Assembly: GCF_001194135.2 (NCBI RefSeq)
Contig: NC_068986.1
Location: 79,250,334 to 79,295,596, forward strand
Reading direction: 5' to 3'
Length of the DNA stretch: 45,263 nt
Source of the DNA: Octopus bimaculoides
Lineage: Eukaryota
The notes beneath the pieces were generated by a model. The model saw only the letters and a program-made list of their open reading frames with translations. It was not told the origin of the DNA and did not search any database. Below are positions 24,543 through 38,971 of this stretch, one piece after another. The translations under genes were made by a program, and so were the position numbers. Each line of letters begins with the position of its first letter. The first letter of the stretch is position 1.

Positions 24543-25104
24543 GGATCTCTTTTAAAACGGGGGCCACATTTTTCATTAACAAAACACTTTGAAACTTGGA
24601 ACACTGGTAGAATGTGTCATATAAAACATCTTTTTCTCTTAGTCTTCTTAAAAAAAAAAGAAATCCATAAGTTATTCCATGTTAAAGTTGTCGTATTTCT
24701 GTAATTTCAACCAATCACTGACGTCCATTCAGCCGATATACATTAAGTGCCGACTACATAAACAAACGATTCTGAAACAATTAACCCTAACCGTAGGGTT
24801 AGGGTTAGGGTTAAAGCAAATTTAAAATGAAAAAAGCAAATAAAATGAAGGTATGGAGATTAAATACGCTTTACACCGATCAATCAGCCAAAGGAGTAAA
24901 TATAAACAACTGAATACTTGTCAGTGATTGGTTGAAATTATCGAAATAAGACAATTTTTTACATGAAATAAATTCGAATACAAAAATATTTTTCTGTTCT
25001 ATAACACAAAATAGATAAGTATACGAAGTTTGAAAGTCTTTCCGTACCAAAAACACTACGTAAAACATTAATGAAAAATGTGGCCCCCGTTTTAAAATAG
25101 ATCC
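24543..25104. mobile_element. MITE-like foldback element with telomere-like core
   Basis: 37-bp TIRs GGATCT(C/A)TTTTAAAACGGGGGCCACATTTTTCATTAA with 1 mismatch. Perfect 21-bp internal IR at 24702-24722/24920-24940. Central AACCCTAACC/GGTTAGGGTTAGGGTT. Confidence 0.85.
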
Positions 25105-25719
25105 ATTGTACTGTACTCTGGATGTTTCGAACCAATAATGATCCTCGAGAAAATTTCTTCCTTCCCCAGGTATATCTTTTCACATCAACCCTATTTGATA
25201 TGGATAACCTCAGACAATTCAACACTCAAAACACTTACTGATTTTCATACTTACGCTGAGCTTCTACTGAAGGTGCAGAAACCGAAATTTAGGCTGTCCT
25301 AAAACTAGTTTTATCCTATACATTGATAGATACACAGGTATTCTAGACATCTTTGATAACTTTCCATACCTCCAGACAGAGCTGCTTCCAAACCATCGAC
25401 GTCATTATAATTATCTCCTCGTCCGTCACAGTCTTAACGTAATTAACTTTTACACACTTGCATACTACGCAACACCTTCGTCGTTAGCTGATATCAGAAT
25501 GTGTTTCTCTTTTTTTGATCTTACACATTCAGATTACACCTAGAATCAATTAATTTTGCACATAAAATATTTGTAATTGTTATTGCTTAGCCTCAGTTCA
25601 GATTTGGCCGAGCAGTATTATAGTCAAATCATTCCTGTCTTACAGTTGAGTTGTGAATATCCAGTAATTGAATAGGGATGCGCCCGCCCGCACGCACTCT
25701 TACACACGCAGGCACGCAT

Positions 25720-25828
25720 ACACACACACACACACACACACACATATGCATGCAGACAAACAGACAGACAGACAGATAGACAAACCAACAGACAGGCAGA
25801 CAGACAGACAGACAGACATACAGATAGA

Positions 25829-25918
<90 letters not shown>
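25720..25918. repeat. (CA)n then (GACA)n/(GATA)n
   Basis: Directly visible. Confidence 0.95.
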
Positions 25919-27211
25919 TCCATAATATCCTCTATCTAAAACGGTACTCTAAGGGAAAATTGTCTGCTATGTTCCGCTGATAAAGTGACCACCTACAAGC
26001 TTCACCGATTAATGCACGTAAGTAAGCATATGTTATGTGTTTCAGTATGTGTATGTGTCTAGTTGTGTTTGTGTGCGCGCGCGCAAAATAGTTTTATTAT
26101 CATTAAATATTATCGATAATAATAGCATTTAATTCTTGTGCCGTCACGGAAGAGCTCCGCTGCACTTGATTCTGAAAGAAACAATAAATGTGGTAACTTT
26201 AATGTTAACTACAATGAGAAGTAATAGTTCCGAGCTACATCAACGAGTCAATCGGTTTAATTCTAGCTTAATACATTTTTAATAGCTATCTTTACTTTAC
26301 AGTCACGTCAAAATATAAAAATAGCGTTATTTTTTACTCCATACTGCATATGTGGAAAAGTACAGTTAAAAACAACAATTCAATATTCTTTTTAACAAAA
26401 ATAAATCGAAGAAGATAATAAACATTAAAAATAGTCAATATGAATAAAATGTTATTCAATGGTCTTCCATATGTTGCAAATATATTTGCATTTAGTCCAA
26501 AACACTGAAAAAAAAAATTTCCGCATATATCCGAAGTTTCAGTTAGTTTACAAGCCAAAGCGCATTGAATCTTAATATTCTGTTTTGTTGGAAAAGATAT
26601 AAAGAGCGGCGTAACTAAAAGTATTTTACTCTAAGACAGCGATTAGCTGTGAATCACAGTTTCAAATCTTATATATTTTGATCTAAAGATAGAAAATGGA
26701 ATCTAATATATCTTTTATATATTATCTTTTACTGTTTACATTTTGAATTTTATACTACTATTATTATAATTTGTACTGAAAGAGAAACATAGTTTCAATA
26801 ATTTGAATATATTTACAAACTTGTTTAAAATACTGAAAAATTTTTTTTTTCTATTTGCCTTCAAAATACTAATACCTGAATTCTTTGTAAAAGAGAAAAA
26901 TCTGAGCCGATAGGAATATATACATAAACTTACTTCTGTATTTAATACAGAGTGAAATGGAGTAGTGCATATAAGTAATTGCTTATTTCAGTACATTATT
27001 AAAATGAGACATCTTAGAAGAAAAACAATATGGAATATTTCTCTTAAAACCACTTAAATTAGATTATTATATAAGACAGAATATTTCAATAAATCCAACA
27101 TATTCCATTCCATCATTATACTGAGCTAGTGGGCGATAATAAAATGTGTTAAAATCCAGCATAAAATACGGGATAGATTTATTTTCAAAGGTATACACAT
27201 GTATAAATAAT

Positions 27212-27248
<37 letters not shown>

Positions 27249-28994
27249 TATGTACAGATATATATATATANNNNNNNNNNNNNNNNNNNNNNNNNNNNNN
27301 NNNNNNNNNNNNNNNNNNNNNNNNNNNNNNNNNNNNNNNNNNNNNNNNNNNNNNNNNNNNNNNNNNNNNNNNNNNNNNNNNNNNNNNNNNNNNNNNNNNN
27401 NNNNNNNNNNNNNNNNNNNNNNNNNNNNNNNNNNNNNNNNNNNNNNNNNNNNNNNNNNNNNNNNNNNNNNNNNNNNNNNNNNNNNNNNNNNNNNNNNNNN
27501 NNNNNNNNNNNNNNNNNNNNNNNNNNNNNNNNNNNNNNNNNNNNNNNNNNNNNNNNNNNNNNNNNNNNNNNNNNNNNNNATATATATGTATGTATGTATG
27601 TATGTATCGATATAGACATCAACAACAGTAGCATTCACTTCTAAATGTCCACCAGAGTAGGCTACTAACTACAAGTATTCTCAGGAACTGAATTTTAATT
27701 ACAAACAAAGCTAAAACGTCTGCGTGGGTGGGTCTTGAGAAAACACATTTGGTGGATTTCGAACTGATGCACAATTTAAAAAACAACGTATCTGTTTTGC
27801 AGAGCTTCTAAATTACAAGGTGCTATTGTTTAACATAGACATGACAAATGAATAATTCCTAGTTTCATTAAATTTCTATGTTTTTTTATCATTCTCTTTG
27901 TGTTGGGTATTAAATGTCTTTTAATCATGAGATTCACCATACACTAAAGCTATTAATTTATGTCAAACTTTTGAGAAAATTCTACGTCAGTATCGAGGCA
28001 AATCTGACGCAAGAGAAAAACACAAGCAGATGTTTCATAACATTATTAACATTTTATAGGTAATGTTTTAAAAATCTAATCTGAAATTACAATAATAAAT
28101 AAATAAGATGATAATTAAATAAATGAAATAATAAATAAGAAATGAGATAGTATGTCTTTACAAAGGTGTCACATATTTAATAACTAACCAAACTCGATAT
28201 TACGATTCAATTGAAGAGATTTCTCTGAGTGATTTTGTTTTATTTTCCCCATGTTATTCCTTTATACTCATTTTTTAAACAGATAATGAGGTGTATGGAA
28301 TGATCTTAATTCTGAATGTATAATCAGAGAGAGAAATGGCAGTATTTCCTGTAAAAAAATACCACGACACTCTAAATGTCATCAGAGGTAATGAACGGGA
28401 AGATAACTATTTCTGGTATGTTTTTATAATCAGTTCTCAACATTAAAACTAATGAAAGCTTTCACATTATATAGAGATGACGTTCAATTTCAAACAATTT
28501 TCTTTAATGCAGCACGTGTTTATGCTGAGTTAACGGGAAAATTAGTTGTCCATTTTTAGGCTTTTTAATAAAAATACCTCATGATCCAATGTTAAGTGAA
28601 CATATGAAATGAAGATGGATTCAGTTTTAATGCGCGTGAGAATAATAGTTCTGCATATTTATATTCATTTTTAAGTATGCATATGAGGAGGTGACTGAAA
28701 TGTTTGGTTGATAATTACTTCAGTAGAATTACATAGATGGAAATAATGGAAACATGAAACAAAGATGCATGTAGCCATAAGCACATACTTACATAATCAA
28801 ATACACATATATATTGTATATATATATACACACACAGAGACACACACATATATATACGAACATACGCATACATATATATGTAGTCGGATGCTTTTTAAGT
28901 CATCCTTCAATGTTAAATTGTTTCTATATATGCATAAGCATGAAAACTCTACGTCTGTTTATGTATGTATATATCGATCAATATCAGTTTCTAT

Positions 28995-29001
28995 ATCTAT
29001 C

Positions 29002-29049
<48 letters not shown>

Positions 29050-29095
29050 GTCTGTCTCTCTCTTTCTCTCCCTCTCTCTTTCCCTCTCTCTATAT
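28995..29095. repeat. (TCTA)n/(CT)n
   Basis: Directly visible. Confidence 0.9.
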
Positions 29096-29984
29096 ATAGT
29101 TTTCGTCGACAGGTACACCCAGATTAAACATATACGCACGTGCTTATATATTTAATCTAGGTGTACTTGCTGACGGAAACTTCGCCTGGCAAATTATTTT
29201 ATTTGCTAAAAAAAGTCTGAAACTATGGTCCAGGAGATACATGGTAAATGTTTTTATTTTTCATTCCCTTCAAAGTTTATCCCTAAATAGTGGTTTGGAT
29301 TTTAGCTGGCCCTTCTAGCTTGCAAGGAATCCTATGATGGATACCTATTATGTGTTTAAATGTACACTGTATTTATATGAATAATATATAGTCTATTGAC
29401 AAAATTTTTTTACACGCTGGACCACTGGTAGTAGAAATTTCTAATATTTCTTATTACCCTGATATTATTAATTTCATGTATATATATATATATATATATN
29501 NNNNNNNNNNNNNNNNNNNNNNNNNNNNNNNNNNNNNNNNNNNNNNNNNNNNNNNNNNNNNNNNNNNNNNNNNNNNNNNNNNNNNNNNNNNNNNNNNNNN
29601 NNNNNNNNNNNNNNNNNNNNNNNNNNNNNNNNNNNNNNNNNNNNNNNNNNNNNNNNNNNNNNNNNNNNNNNNNNNNNNNNNNNNNNNNNNNNNNNNNNNN
29701 NNNNNNNNNNNNNNNNNNNNNNNNNNNNNNNNNNNNNNNNNNNNNNNNNNNNNNNNNNNNNNNNNNNNNNNNNNNNNNNNNNNNNNNNNNNNNNNNNNNN
29801 NNNNNNNNNNNNNNNNNNNNNNNNNNNNNNNNNNNNNNNNNNNNNNNNNNNNNNNNNNNNNNNNNNNNNNNNNNNNNNNNNNNNNNNNNNNNNNNNNNNN
29901 NNNNNNNNNNNNNNNNNNNNNNNNNNNNNNNNNNNNNNNNNNNNNNNNNNNNNNNNNNNNNNNNNNNNNNNNNNNNNNNNNNNN

Positions 29985-30047
<63 letters not shown>

Positions 30048-30949
30048 GTACTGAGCAAGTGAACATACATAAAAGTTTGGTGCTTACTGTGCAATTACAT
30101 CTAGAAAAAGTGCATGTGTGTGTGTGTGTGCGTGTTTGTGTGTGTATGTGTGTTTGTGGATAAAAAGATAGATAGATAAATAGATAGATAGAAAATAATA
30201 GGTAGGTACATCATTATTAACTGACATGTATGCACTGAGATTATATTAAGATGCTAACTGGTGAACTTGCTTTTTAGAAACCACACCTAATTATAATTTA
30301 TTTTAGTGTTAAGCCTTTGAACTTGAAGCTGAAATCTTTTGGCATAAGAATGTGAAATATGTGAAAAAAGTAAAACGCAAAATAAACACGGAAGACAGAG
30401 AAGGAAGAGAAACTGAAGGAAAGTTAACAAATAAAAGCAAAGCAAAATAGGAATTTTGATTCTTTCTTTTGTTGTGCTTTTTACTTCCTATAATCATTAA
30501 TATTATTTTTATTCCTTTTAAAATTGTTGCTGATTTTGTTTCTCATTCCTGTAGCCGAACATGTTTTTCTTTCCTTTCCACTGGGTCATATTTGTAAATA
30601 TTATTGTTTGATCATGTTAAGTTGACCAGAATTGTGATGGAATAGTCGACTACCTTCGTTATTCATCCCCGGGCCAACTTTGGAAAAATAGTTTCATCTA
30701 AACCAATACTTCAAAATATATTCCACATTTTCGTCTTTGGTGCGCTGTCTGCAAGATGGAAGAGGGGTAATTTGGAAGTGGAAACTTGCTCCTAGACAAA
30801 AATAATCTCAGTGCACAGTACCACCACCATATCAATATCTAACGTCAGTAACATCAGCATTTATAACAACAGCAGCATCAGCATCTGCAGCAGCAATCAA
30901 ATCCACACTTACTCAAGGAGCCAGAACATAACCAAAACTAAAAAAAATG

Positions 30950-32300
30950 AGGAATCATTAACTACCTGACCGTAGATACAAGCAACCATTTATGAACCAT
31001 TTGCATTAATACACGAATATTACACTCGATGACTACATCCTACTAGAAAATGTTGTACAACTACATATATACTCAGAAACTTCAAATAAGTAATGAGAAT
31101 ATACATATTTTAGGATCTTGTTGGAAGCTAGGCTCTCTACACAATGACCATAGTTTTCATGATATATATGAGCTGACCATCAATGCAACGACAAGTTTCG
31201 AAGCACGAGCTCCAGTGACAACGAGGGGTACAAGTCTCAATATCAGCCGATATCGGGAGTTGCAATTACCGCATTCTTTTGCAAAAATCCGTATCTAATT
31301 ATCCGATTAATATTTTGGACCCAGAAATTACTGGACACGCCTAGTAGCGAAGGACTTGTCTTTGGACTAGTAACCCTCTACACTATAATACGGGTGGGGT
31401 GGCCAGGACTCTTCAGGTTGTCTGGAAGTCTTCCTAGGTATGTTCCGCTTTTTATTACTAGTGGGTGACCGGATATACACTGTACTAAATTAACAGATAG
31501 GAGAAATGTTACAAACCTGGCCACATGTTTCAAACTGTGTGACAGGTACCGACAAGTTTTCTTGAATGTGTCGATGGGGTATTGACAAAAGTCATCGATT
31601 TGTATAGTTCGTGTCTCGAATAAGTCAGCGTATAGAGGTAGCTTAGGTTGCTCGCAGTTCAAAGTAGCTGGTTAGACAAACCACAAACTAATGATGTGTA
31701 CATAGGTTTAACAATCAGGGACACGTTTACTAGAAGCCGAATGTCTCAAGCTTACAAAAGCAAACAGAATATTGAATAAGTTAAGCCGGATTTCACTGGG
31801 GCAATTTCCAACAACAAATGGTGATTAACCTTGTCAAAGTAAATTATAGTAATGTTTAGGAAAGAAATAACCCTAGCAAAAAACTTGACTAGAGTGGGAC
31901 ATACTGACAAACCAGCAAGAGCAGCTCAGAAATGACACCGTGGCCGACATGCTTGTGGAAAACTGACCCACGACCATTTATTTCTTCAACACGAATCCTG
32001 ATTGCTGCGTCGCTAGAGCGAAAGTGGATGCTCCATTACACGAACTAATGAAAATGTTCAACCGGACACGTAACGTTGCAAGAAAGCCAAAATTCAATCC
32101 TTGGCGGACTATGTTCGGCGCATGGTAATCCATTCTCACCAGATATGTGTGGCTTTTCAGTATCTTTTCGCACGAATATTCGGGACGAGTGAGGGGCCGG
32201 GCACAGGATGTACTTCAGAGATTGTTTCGTCTATGCTGCTTAAGTTTTAGTATCTTATGGGTTTCGATTGTATAAGAATTGTAAGTGCTTTGCATAAAAT
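30950..32300 (+). mobile_element. Possible old non-LTR (L1/Tx1-like) 3' remnant
   Basis: GC-elevated, microsatellite-free block followed by a T-rich tail. Only weak peptide resemblance. Confidence 0.2.
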
Positions 32301-32934
32301 TTGTAATGTTCTTATCAAGTCTATTTTTTAGTTATTCTTTAGTCGGTGAAATGTTTGTACCTTAATATGTTTACCCTTTATACAATTTTTCATGTTCTAT
32401 ATTGTCAAATTCAGTACGCCAATTACTTAATGTACCCTGTTTCACTTTCATTACTATTCATTTTGATTATTCCAATGTCAACATCATTATATTTTCTTAA
32501 ACTTTCAAACTCCCCCTGTGCGAAGTTTTATTCAGAAGCGCTCTTCAATTAAAATACACTCACTGGCATTCTTCGATTATATCTGAGAGTTTGCTTTGAT
32601 CTTGTCAGTCTTGATTACCATATCCAGGTCATTTTCATATCCATAGATAGTCTCGTAATTACGCTGCAATTGTTGTAGTAATAGAAGTAGTAGTAGCAAC
32701 AGCAGCAATAATAGCAGCAGTCACCGTGTTCGAAAAGTAATTACTAGCATTGGTAATTAGTTTAGATTAAATCGCCTATATTCCACCACCTCTAGAAATG
32801 TATGGCCATATGCCAACGTAATATTAAGATTTTCTGTCTTTTTTAATTCTTGTTTCTCTTGAGGCGCCAATCTCAGCTACAGGTGCTTCGCATAATTGCA
32901 GTAGTTCTTGTTCTTTTGTGTGTGCTGCCAAAAG

Positions 32935-33072
32935 TTGGCGAACTGGGAGAAACGTAAGGGCAGCAGAAAAATACCTTGCTATATTATTCCGACTTATTCC
33001 ATTCTGAGATCAAATCCAGCCAAGGTCGACTTTGTCTTGTAAAGTTCTGGGTCAGTAAATGAAGTACCAGTA
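32935..33072 (+). mobile_element. Relic SINE head and core (family of 36736)
   Basis: GGCGAACTGGGAGAAACGTAAG...TTCTGAGATCAAATCCAGCCAAGGTCGACTTTGTCTT...AAATGAAGTACCAG. Confidence 0.5.
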
Positions 33073-33760
33073 TAGGATGATACACAAGCAACATAACATT
33101 GTAAGGATGCCTTTGAATGTGTTCCGGCTCTTTGCCTTCTGAGTTGAACTTCTGCCGTAGACACATAATTATTAGGCTTGATCTATCATCCGATTTAATA
33201 CTAGCCACATGGCTATTGTGTGCCTTCGGCGGAGTCCACTTTCCTATAAGTTTCCGAACCAAATCTCCGTTTAGGATACCTTTCTCCTTTCCTAAACAGT
33301 CTCGGAAGCTATGAAAATAATCATCGCACTGATTAAGCAACAACAATTTATTTTATTCATTCGTTTTCTTGAAAAATACCTATATACAATCTCTTGACAT
33401 CTTACGAAAATAATTTTTTTTTCATATAAACTGCTGCTTCTGAATAAGTTCTGGTTCCGTCCAACAATTTTCAAGACTGTTTCAGAATTTATATCAGCAC
33501 AAATAAAGCATTTTTAGCTTTCTTTTACATTAACCCCATTCCCGTCCAGTTTTGGCCCGTATTGACCCATCTAAGGCTTTATTACGCTAGCTTACCTTAA
33601 TGTCTGTTTCATATTACATTTTTTTTTATTACCTTTCCAGCTGGTGTAATGTTCTTTTTTTCACCTGCCGCTATATTTCTAAACACGATGTTGCAGTTAA
33701 TTGCTTCGTTATCTTTAGAAAATATTTTGTTTTTGCTTCTTCTTTCTGTTCACTTCATGC

Positions 33761-33925
<165 letters not shown>

Positions 33926-34397
33926 TCGAGTTTCCTAAGAGATATGTATTATCTGCCCTTATTTTCTACATGGTAACGTTTTATAGTCGTGCCGTAATTA
34001 TTTTATAGCAATTCTCTATTCGCATGAGAAGTCTCCATTCTTGGGTGTATCGTTAATACATCCTGTCTATATCAGATTTAAGCGGGTGTATTTCTAAACT
34101 CTGTCATATATTCCCAGGTTTTCTTAGTTCACTTGATGCTCAAATAATTGCGTTTCTACCGTAGCTTAATTACTGGGAAAGCTAGTGTGTTTACAGTACT
34201 TTTTATAGGTGGGGGACTTTTATGTTTCAAATACTTATCTCTTTCATTTATAAAATCTTTTCTTATTTGTTTTTCAATTTTTTTAATGCTGATACTCCAC
34301 ACTCATAGATATAGAAATACCAAGATTTTGCTCACCATAGTGTGTTTGTCTCGTGTCTGCTAAATCGATATCATCTAATAGGTATCCATTTAAGACC

Positions 34398-34576
34398 TTC
34401 TTCTTCTTCTTCTTCTTCTTCTTCTTCTTCTTCTTCTTCTTCTTCTTCTTCTTCTTCTTCTTCTTCTCCTCCTTCTCCATCACCACCACCATTGTCATCA
34501 TCATCTTCTAAGCATATGCATACGTGTAGAAATACATACACACACATACACACACACACACGTGTGTGTGTATGTT

Positions 34577-34630
<54 letters not shown>
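34398..34630. repeat. (CTT)n, (CA)n and (TG)n tracts
   Basis: Directly visible. Confidence 0.95.
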
Positions 34631-34631
<1 letters not shown>

Positions 34632-36735
34632 AAGCCATTTATCCATAAACTTTGTGCACCAAGGTTAGGTGGTACTAACCTTTTTAACCTTCTGATGAAT
34701 TTGGCAGCAAAAATGGTAAATTAAAATCTATTTTTGTTAGATTAATTAATTTTGTCAAATAAATTTTAAAATGAGTAGTAAATTCGTGGTTTTTATCATA
34801 AAACATTTTAAAATAATTTAATGTGGATGTAGCGTCTGCTTTGCCTTTTGAGGATGAACTCATTTAAGCAAAGAGCTCTGGACTGGTCCTTTATTTTATC
34901 GCCCTGAGAAAAATGACATGCAAAATAGATTTTGTGGGGATAAGTACTCTGAACATAATGAACTGGTACAAATAACGAAACACATTTTATCTTACAATCA
35001 ATCGCTTCTGAAAATTCACCAGTAGCATGAAACAGATTTGTTTACTATGTGTAGCAGAATTGTGTCAGTGACCAGGTTCTTCATGCACGATGAACATTTC
35101 TAACTTGTTACAGGGTATAGTACTGTTCACGATATTAAACGTAAGCGTTAATAGTGGTATAGCTCTGTTTTAATGGGCTGTCATATTTGCAATGTAATTC
35201 TTCCAGGCTGAATACATCACTTCAAATCAAATAATTTACCAATCAAGATCATATGTAATTTATCAATAGTATACTATTCGTAAAAATCTGTTTGCTTGTA
35301 ATTCGTTTCAAATCATATTCCTCAGTATCCTGCTATGGTAGAACAATATATAACAAAAACATTCAATCTGTATTATGTGAGTGAGTTAAATGTAAAAAGT
35401 GGTGTAATGAAACATATTTGTATTAGGTCAGCCGTCTACATAGTCGTATCTTCATTCACGCACTGTACCGTTCTAAAAAGACAAGACACATGAATTACTA
35501 TTGTGTTAATGTTTAAGTGTAATATATTTAGGCTAAAGACGACATGAACCCTGCCAGAACCTCTGTGATAATAGAATTTTCATTATAATATCACTGAAGA
35601 AAACAACAACATGAATAACAAGAAGAAAAAAATAAACAAAAACAAGTGAAACCAGCTAACAAGAGAGCATCTCTATAATGAAAAGTCGTGCTAGAATTAG
35701 TAGCTAAATTACTTTTAAGTCACATCCTGCCGGTTTGGTAAAGCATCAAGATTCTTTGAACAGTGTAGCGTCTCACTATATGTTGTTCATATAGAAAACA
35801 TCTCTTGGAAATTTCTCCTTACACACTGTATTGCTACAAACCTCTAAAAACATAATATAGCCAAGGCTTTCGTCACAGGACTTCCTAATCACAGTAATTA
35901 AACTGTAAGCAGTACTGACAGGATATTTCAAACCCTTGAATTTGAAACAGAACATTTATGATTGCACATTTGTGACTAAATTTATACACTCATTGCTATT
36001 TATACACTCAATGCTATATAAAGGTCCTCTGTTTTAGAGGGAAAATTCACGTCTTTCACATGAGCATTAAGATCGAAAGAGGAAATGAATTTGCTCCAAC
36101 CAAATATCACATTCTTGTGGTTAACTAAGACTCAACGTGTGATTAGCGGCTGTGACTTCCTGCCTTTTCTGCTAATTACAATAATGAATCTGTATGCAAA
36201 TACACATGCGCACTCATAAACACATGCACATATGCATTACATATAACCGTATATACACGAAGGCACATATATATGAATATACATACATACAAACATGTGC
36301 GTGTGTATAAGAGCTAGTTTCTTTGTGGATGTTAAGTATGTATGTTTATGTGTAAATATGTGAGTATCTGTATTTTTCGGTGTGGGGAGACTGCGCGTAC
36401 AGTGTATACATAAAATCATGTTTTCCTACCACATACTAAACTTTTGGTCGATGCCCAAAGGAATCGATGATAAGCCCTGCTGTCATGTTATCTTGCGTTC
36501 TATTATCGCAAAACTGAAAACACTGCAACCAATTAATTAGATTAGTAGAAAGTCATGCTTAACTAAAGTTACTAACTAAATAATAATACTTGCCAAGTTT
36601 CTTCCTGTTTTCATTCACTAGGATGTTGCTCCTTGTGATGAAACCCATACCAACCTTCTATTAAATATGCAATACAGGGATCTTTATGTTTCTGTTAAAT
36701 TCTCTCATCTTGTCATCATTATTTCTTTCCGGTAA

Positions 36736-36955
36736 GGCGGCAAGCCGGCAGAATCTTTAGCACGCCGGGCGAAATGCATAGCGGTATTTCGCCTGCCGTT
36801 ACGTTCTGAGTTCAAATTTCACTGAGGTCGACTTTGCCTTTCATCCTTTCGGGATCGATTAAATAAATACCAGTTACGCACTGGGTCGATGTAATCGACT
36901 TAATCCCTTTGTTCGTCCCCTGTATGTTTAGCCCCCTGTGGGCAATAAAGCAATA
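36736..36955 (+). mobile_element. Near full-length tRNA-derived octopus-type SINE
   Basis: Head GGCGGCAAGCCGGCAGAA...GTTCTGAGTTCAAATT. Central GTCGACTTTGCCTTTCATCCTTTCGGGATCGAT...TACCAG resembles a domain shared by metazoan SINE superfamilies (Meta/Deu-type, assignment uncertain). 3' end TTTAGCCCCCTGTGGGCAATAAAG. Confidence 0.85.
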
Positions 36956-36989
36956 ATTATTTCTTTCTGTTTTTATCCCTTTTTCTCAT

Positions 36990-37950
36990 ACAGTGAACGT
37001 ATATATAAAATTTTCGAGCTACATGCAGCGTATTATAATGTTTTAGCTAAGGCTGGGTACCGTGAGAAAATTCAATATATACAAGAAGCAGGCATACCTA
37101 ACACTGGCATTTCCTCCAATAGTAATACATATTGTACATCACAGTGTCACGGTACGAGAACTCACTCAGATAGAGAATACAGGACAGGGAGAATTGGTCA
37201 CGACAATGAACTACCAACGAAAACACATAAATACACGCGACATAATAATCCAACTGCTAGTAACACTGCTAATTATCCCCATCCTGTACAACACACTCGA
37301 TCAAATAAGCCAAACAACAGATATAGATGTCAGGATGTTCTCTGGTTCAACCCAATTTTCGGTTCGCATATTTCAACCAAGATAGCTGGAAAAATTTTTT
37401 GCTGCTTTGGACAAATGTTTTCCTAACTCTAATCGATATCAGGCTATTTTAATCGGCACTCCGTGAAGGTACCCTACTCTGACTCTGATAATTTAGAGCA
37501 GCTCATGCACCGTATAAACAATAGTATAATACAACAACAGTTCAATAACCCACCTACTGGATCTAGCGAACATACGTATCTAGATACCAATAAAGGAGAT
37601 GTAAACTGCAATGAAAAGCATCAATTACGACCAAATTGTAATAGTAGAAATGCTTGTGATATAGCAAACAAGGTAACAACGTCGGAAATGAAGTCAGAAC
37701 TGCCATATATACAAATAAATATGATAAATGCTCATGCAGGAAAAAATTAAAATGACCATTGATGAACCCTGTATAAATACAAATTTTGTATATAAATGTA
37801 CCGAGCACATAAGGGGAGGGCCGTATGTTTACATTGGGCAGACGGCTGATTCATTTAAGAATCATTATCGCAACCATGTCACCAGCTTCTAAGATTTCAT
37901 TGACTCTACATTGTCAGGCTGTTACAGTTCCGGGCTGGACAAGCTATCGC
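36990..37950 (+). mobile_element. Naiad-like PLE linker + GIY-YIG fragment
   Basis: YNVLAKAGYREKIQY...DVLWFNPIFGSHISTKIAGK..LDKCFP..FNRHSVKVPYS, then CSCRKKLK*PL/DEPCINTNFVYKC..YVYIGQTADSFKNHYRNHVTSF. Confidence 0.75.
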
Positions 37951-38169
37951 CGAAATAGAAAAAGTGTATTGACAATATGGGTGCATACTTTGATGAATAA
38001 CACTATTCCTTGTATTTATAAAACATTAGCAAACTTTTGTTTTCTTTTCTACAAATTTCATACTTGACGACCTAATATATTATATACAAATATACGCATA
38101 CATGCATTCATACACATATATCTATATATATACATACTTACATATATCGTAAGAATATGTAAATAAGGC

Positions 38170-38650
38170 AACAACGTTCATGAGCTATAGTCCGGCTCTG
38201 TACAGGGATCACAATCTGAAAGTTTCTAGCGATATGAATAGTTGCGTGATGGAGAAGTTCGGGAAGAATCTAATGAACGCCTTCAATGAATTCAGCCAAA
38301 CTAAATGAAGGTCAAATTCGTTGACATAACTTCGTACTTTGAGACAAACAAGTAATAATCATACAAAAATCCAACGAGGATACTAATTATATTCATAGAT
38401 GTTCTACGTCCAGTTGTAATGAAAATCTTATTAACAAATTTCCACACAGGAATCCTCAATCTGACGGCGTAGACACAGACCATCTATACAGCCGCACCTC
38501 ATTATAAAAAGGACTACCTTTACTCACAACTTTGTGTATACAGAACTCCCACATTTTCCACAGAATTGAAGCGAGCTAGAGAAAGATAATCTGGTTTAAT
38601 CCGCTTTTCAATCTATATTTCCATTAAAATGTATAGAAGATTCCTCGCGT
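38170..38650 (+). mobile_element. Naiad-like PLE RT C-terminal/thumb fragment
   Basis: LYRDH (LYRDD motif), NEDTNYIHR and RKIIWFNPLFN. Confidence 0.6.
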
Positions 38651-38814
38651 TAATTAGGCAACTTTTCCCGAGAAGCCATAAATATAAACACGCTAAATCT
38701 AATAATGTAAAGCTTACTCCTCCTTAGATAAAAGTGTTTATCAACATCCCACACTACACTACAACAGAAATTGTGAATATGTATACACACACGTACACAC
38801 ACACGCATATACAT

Positions 38815-38971
38815 TTTTTCTCTTTCTTTTTTTGTCCTCTTAATCCTTTCTGTCGAAGAGTGTAGATTCGAAACGTAAAATACTTTTTTCATTCTTCCCG
38901 AGTATTAAACAAATACACTTGCTTGTTGTTCCTATACCTGTCTCCGTCTTTTTCCCTCTGTAAATTTGAAT

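Noticed and set aside
35116-35142. 27-nt phase-1 micro-exon candidate (TTACAG|GGTATAG...AAAC|GTAAGC) that could follow the 20488 donor
   Set aside because: The splice signals fit, but such matches arise by chance in 25 kb. RNA evidence is needed.
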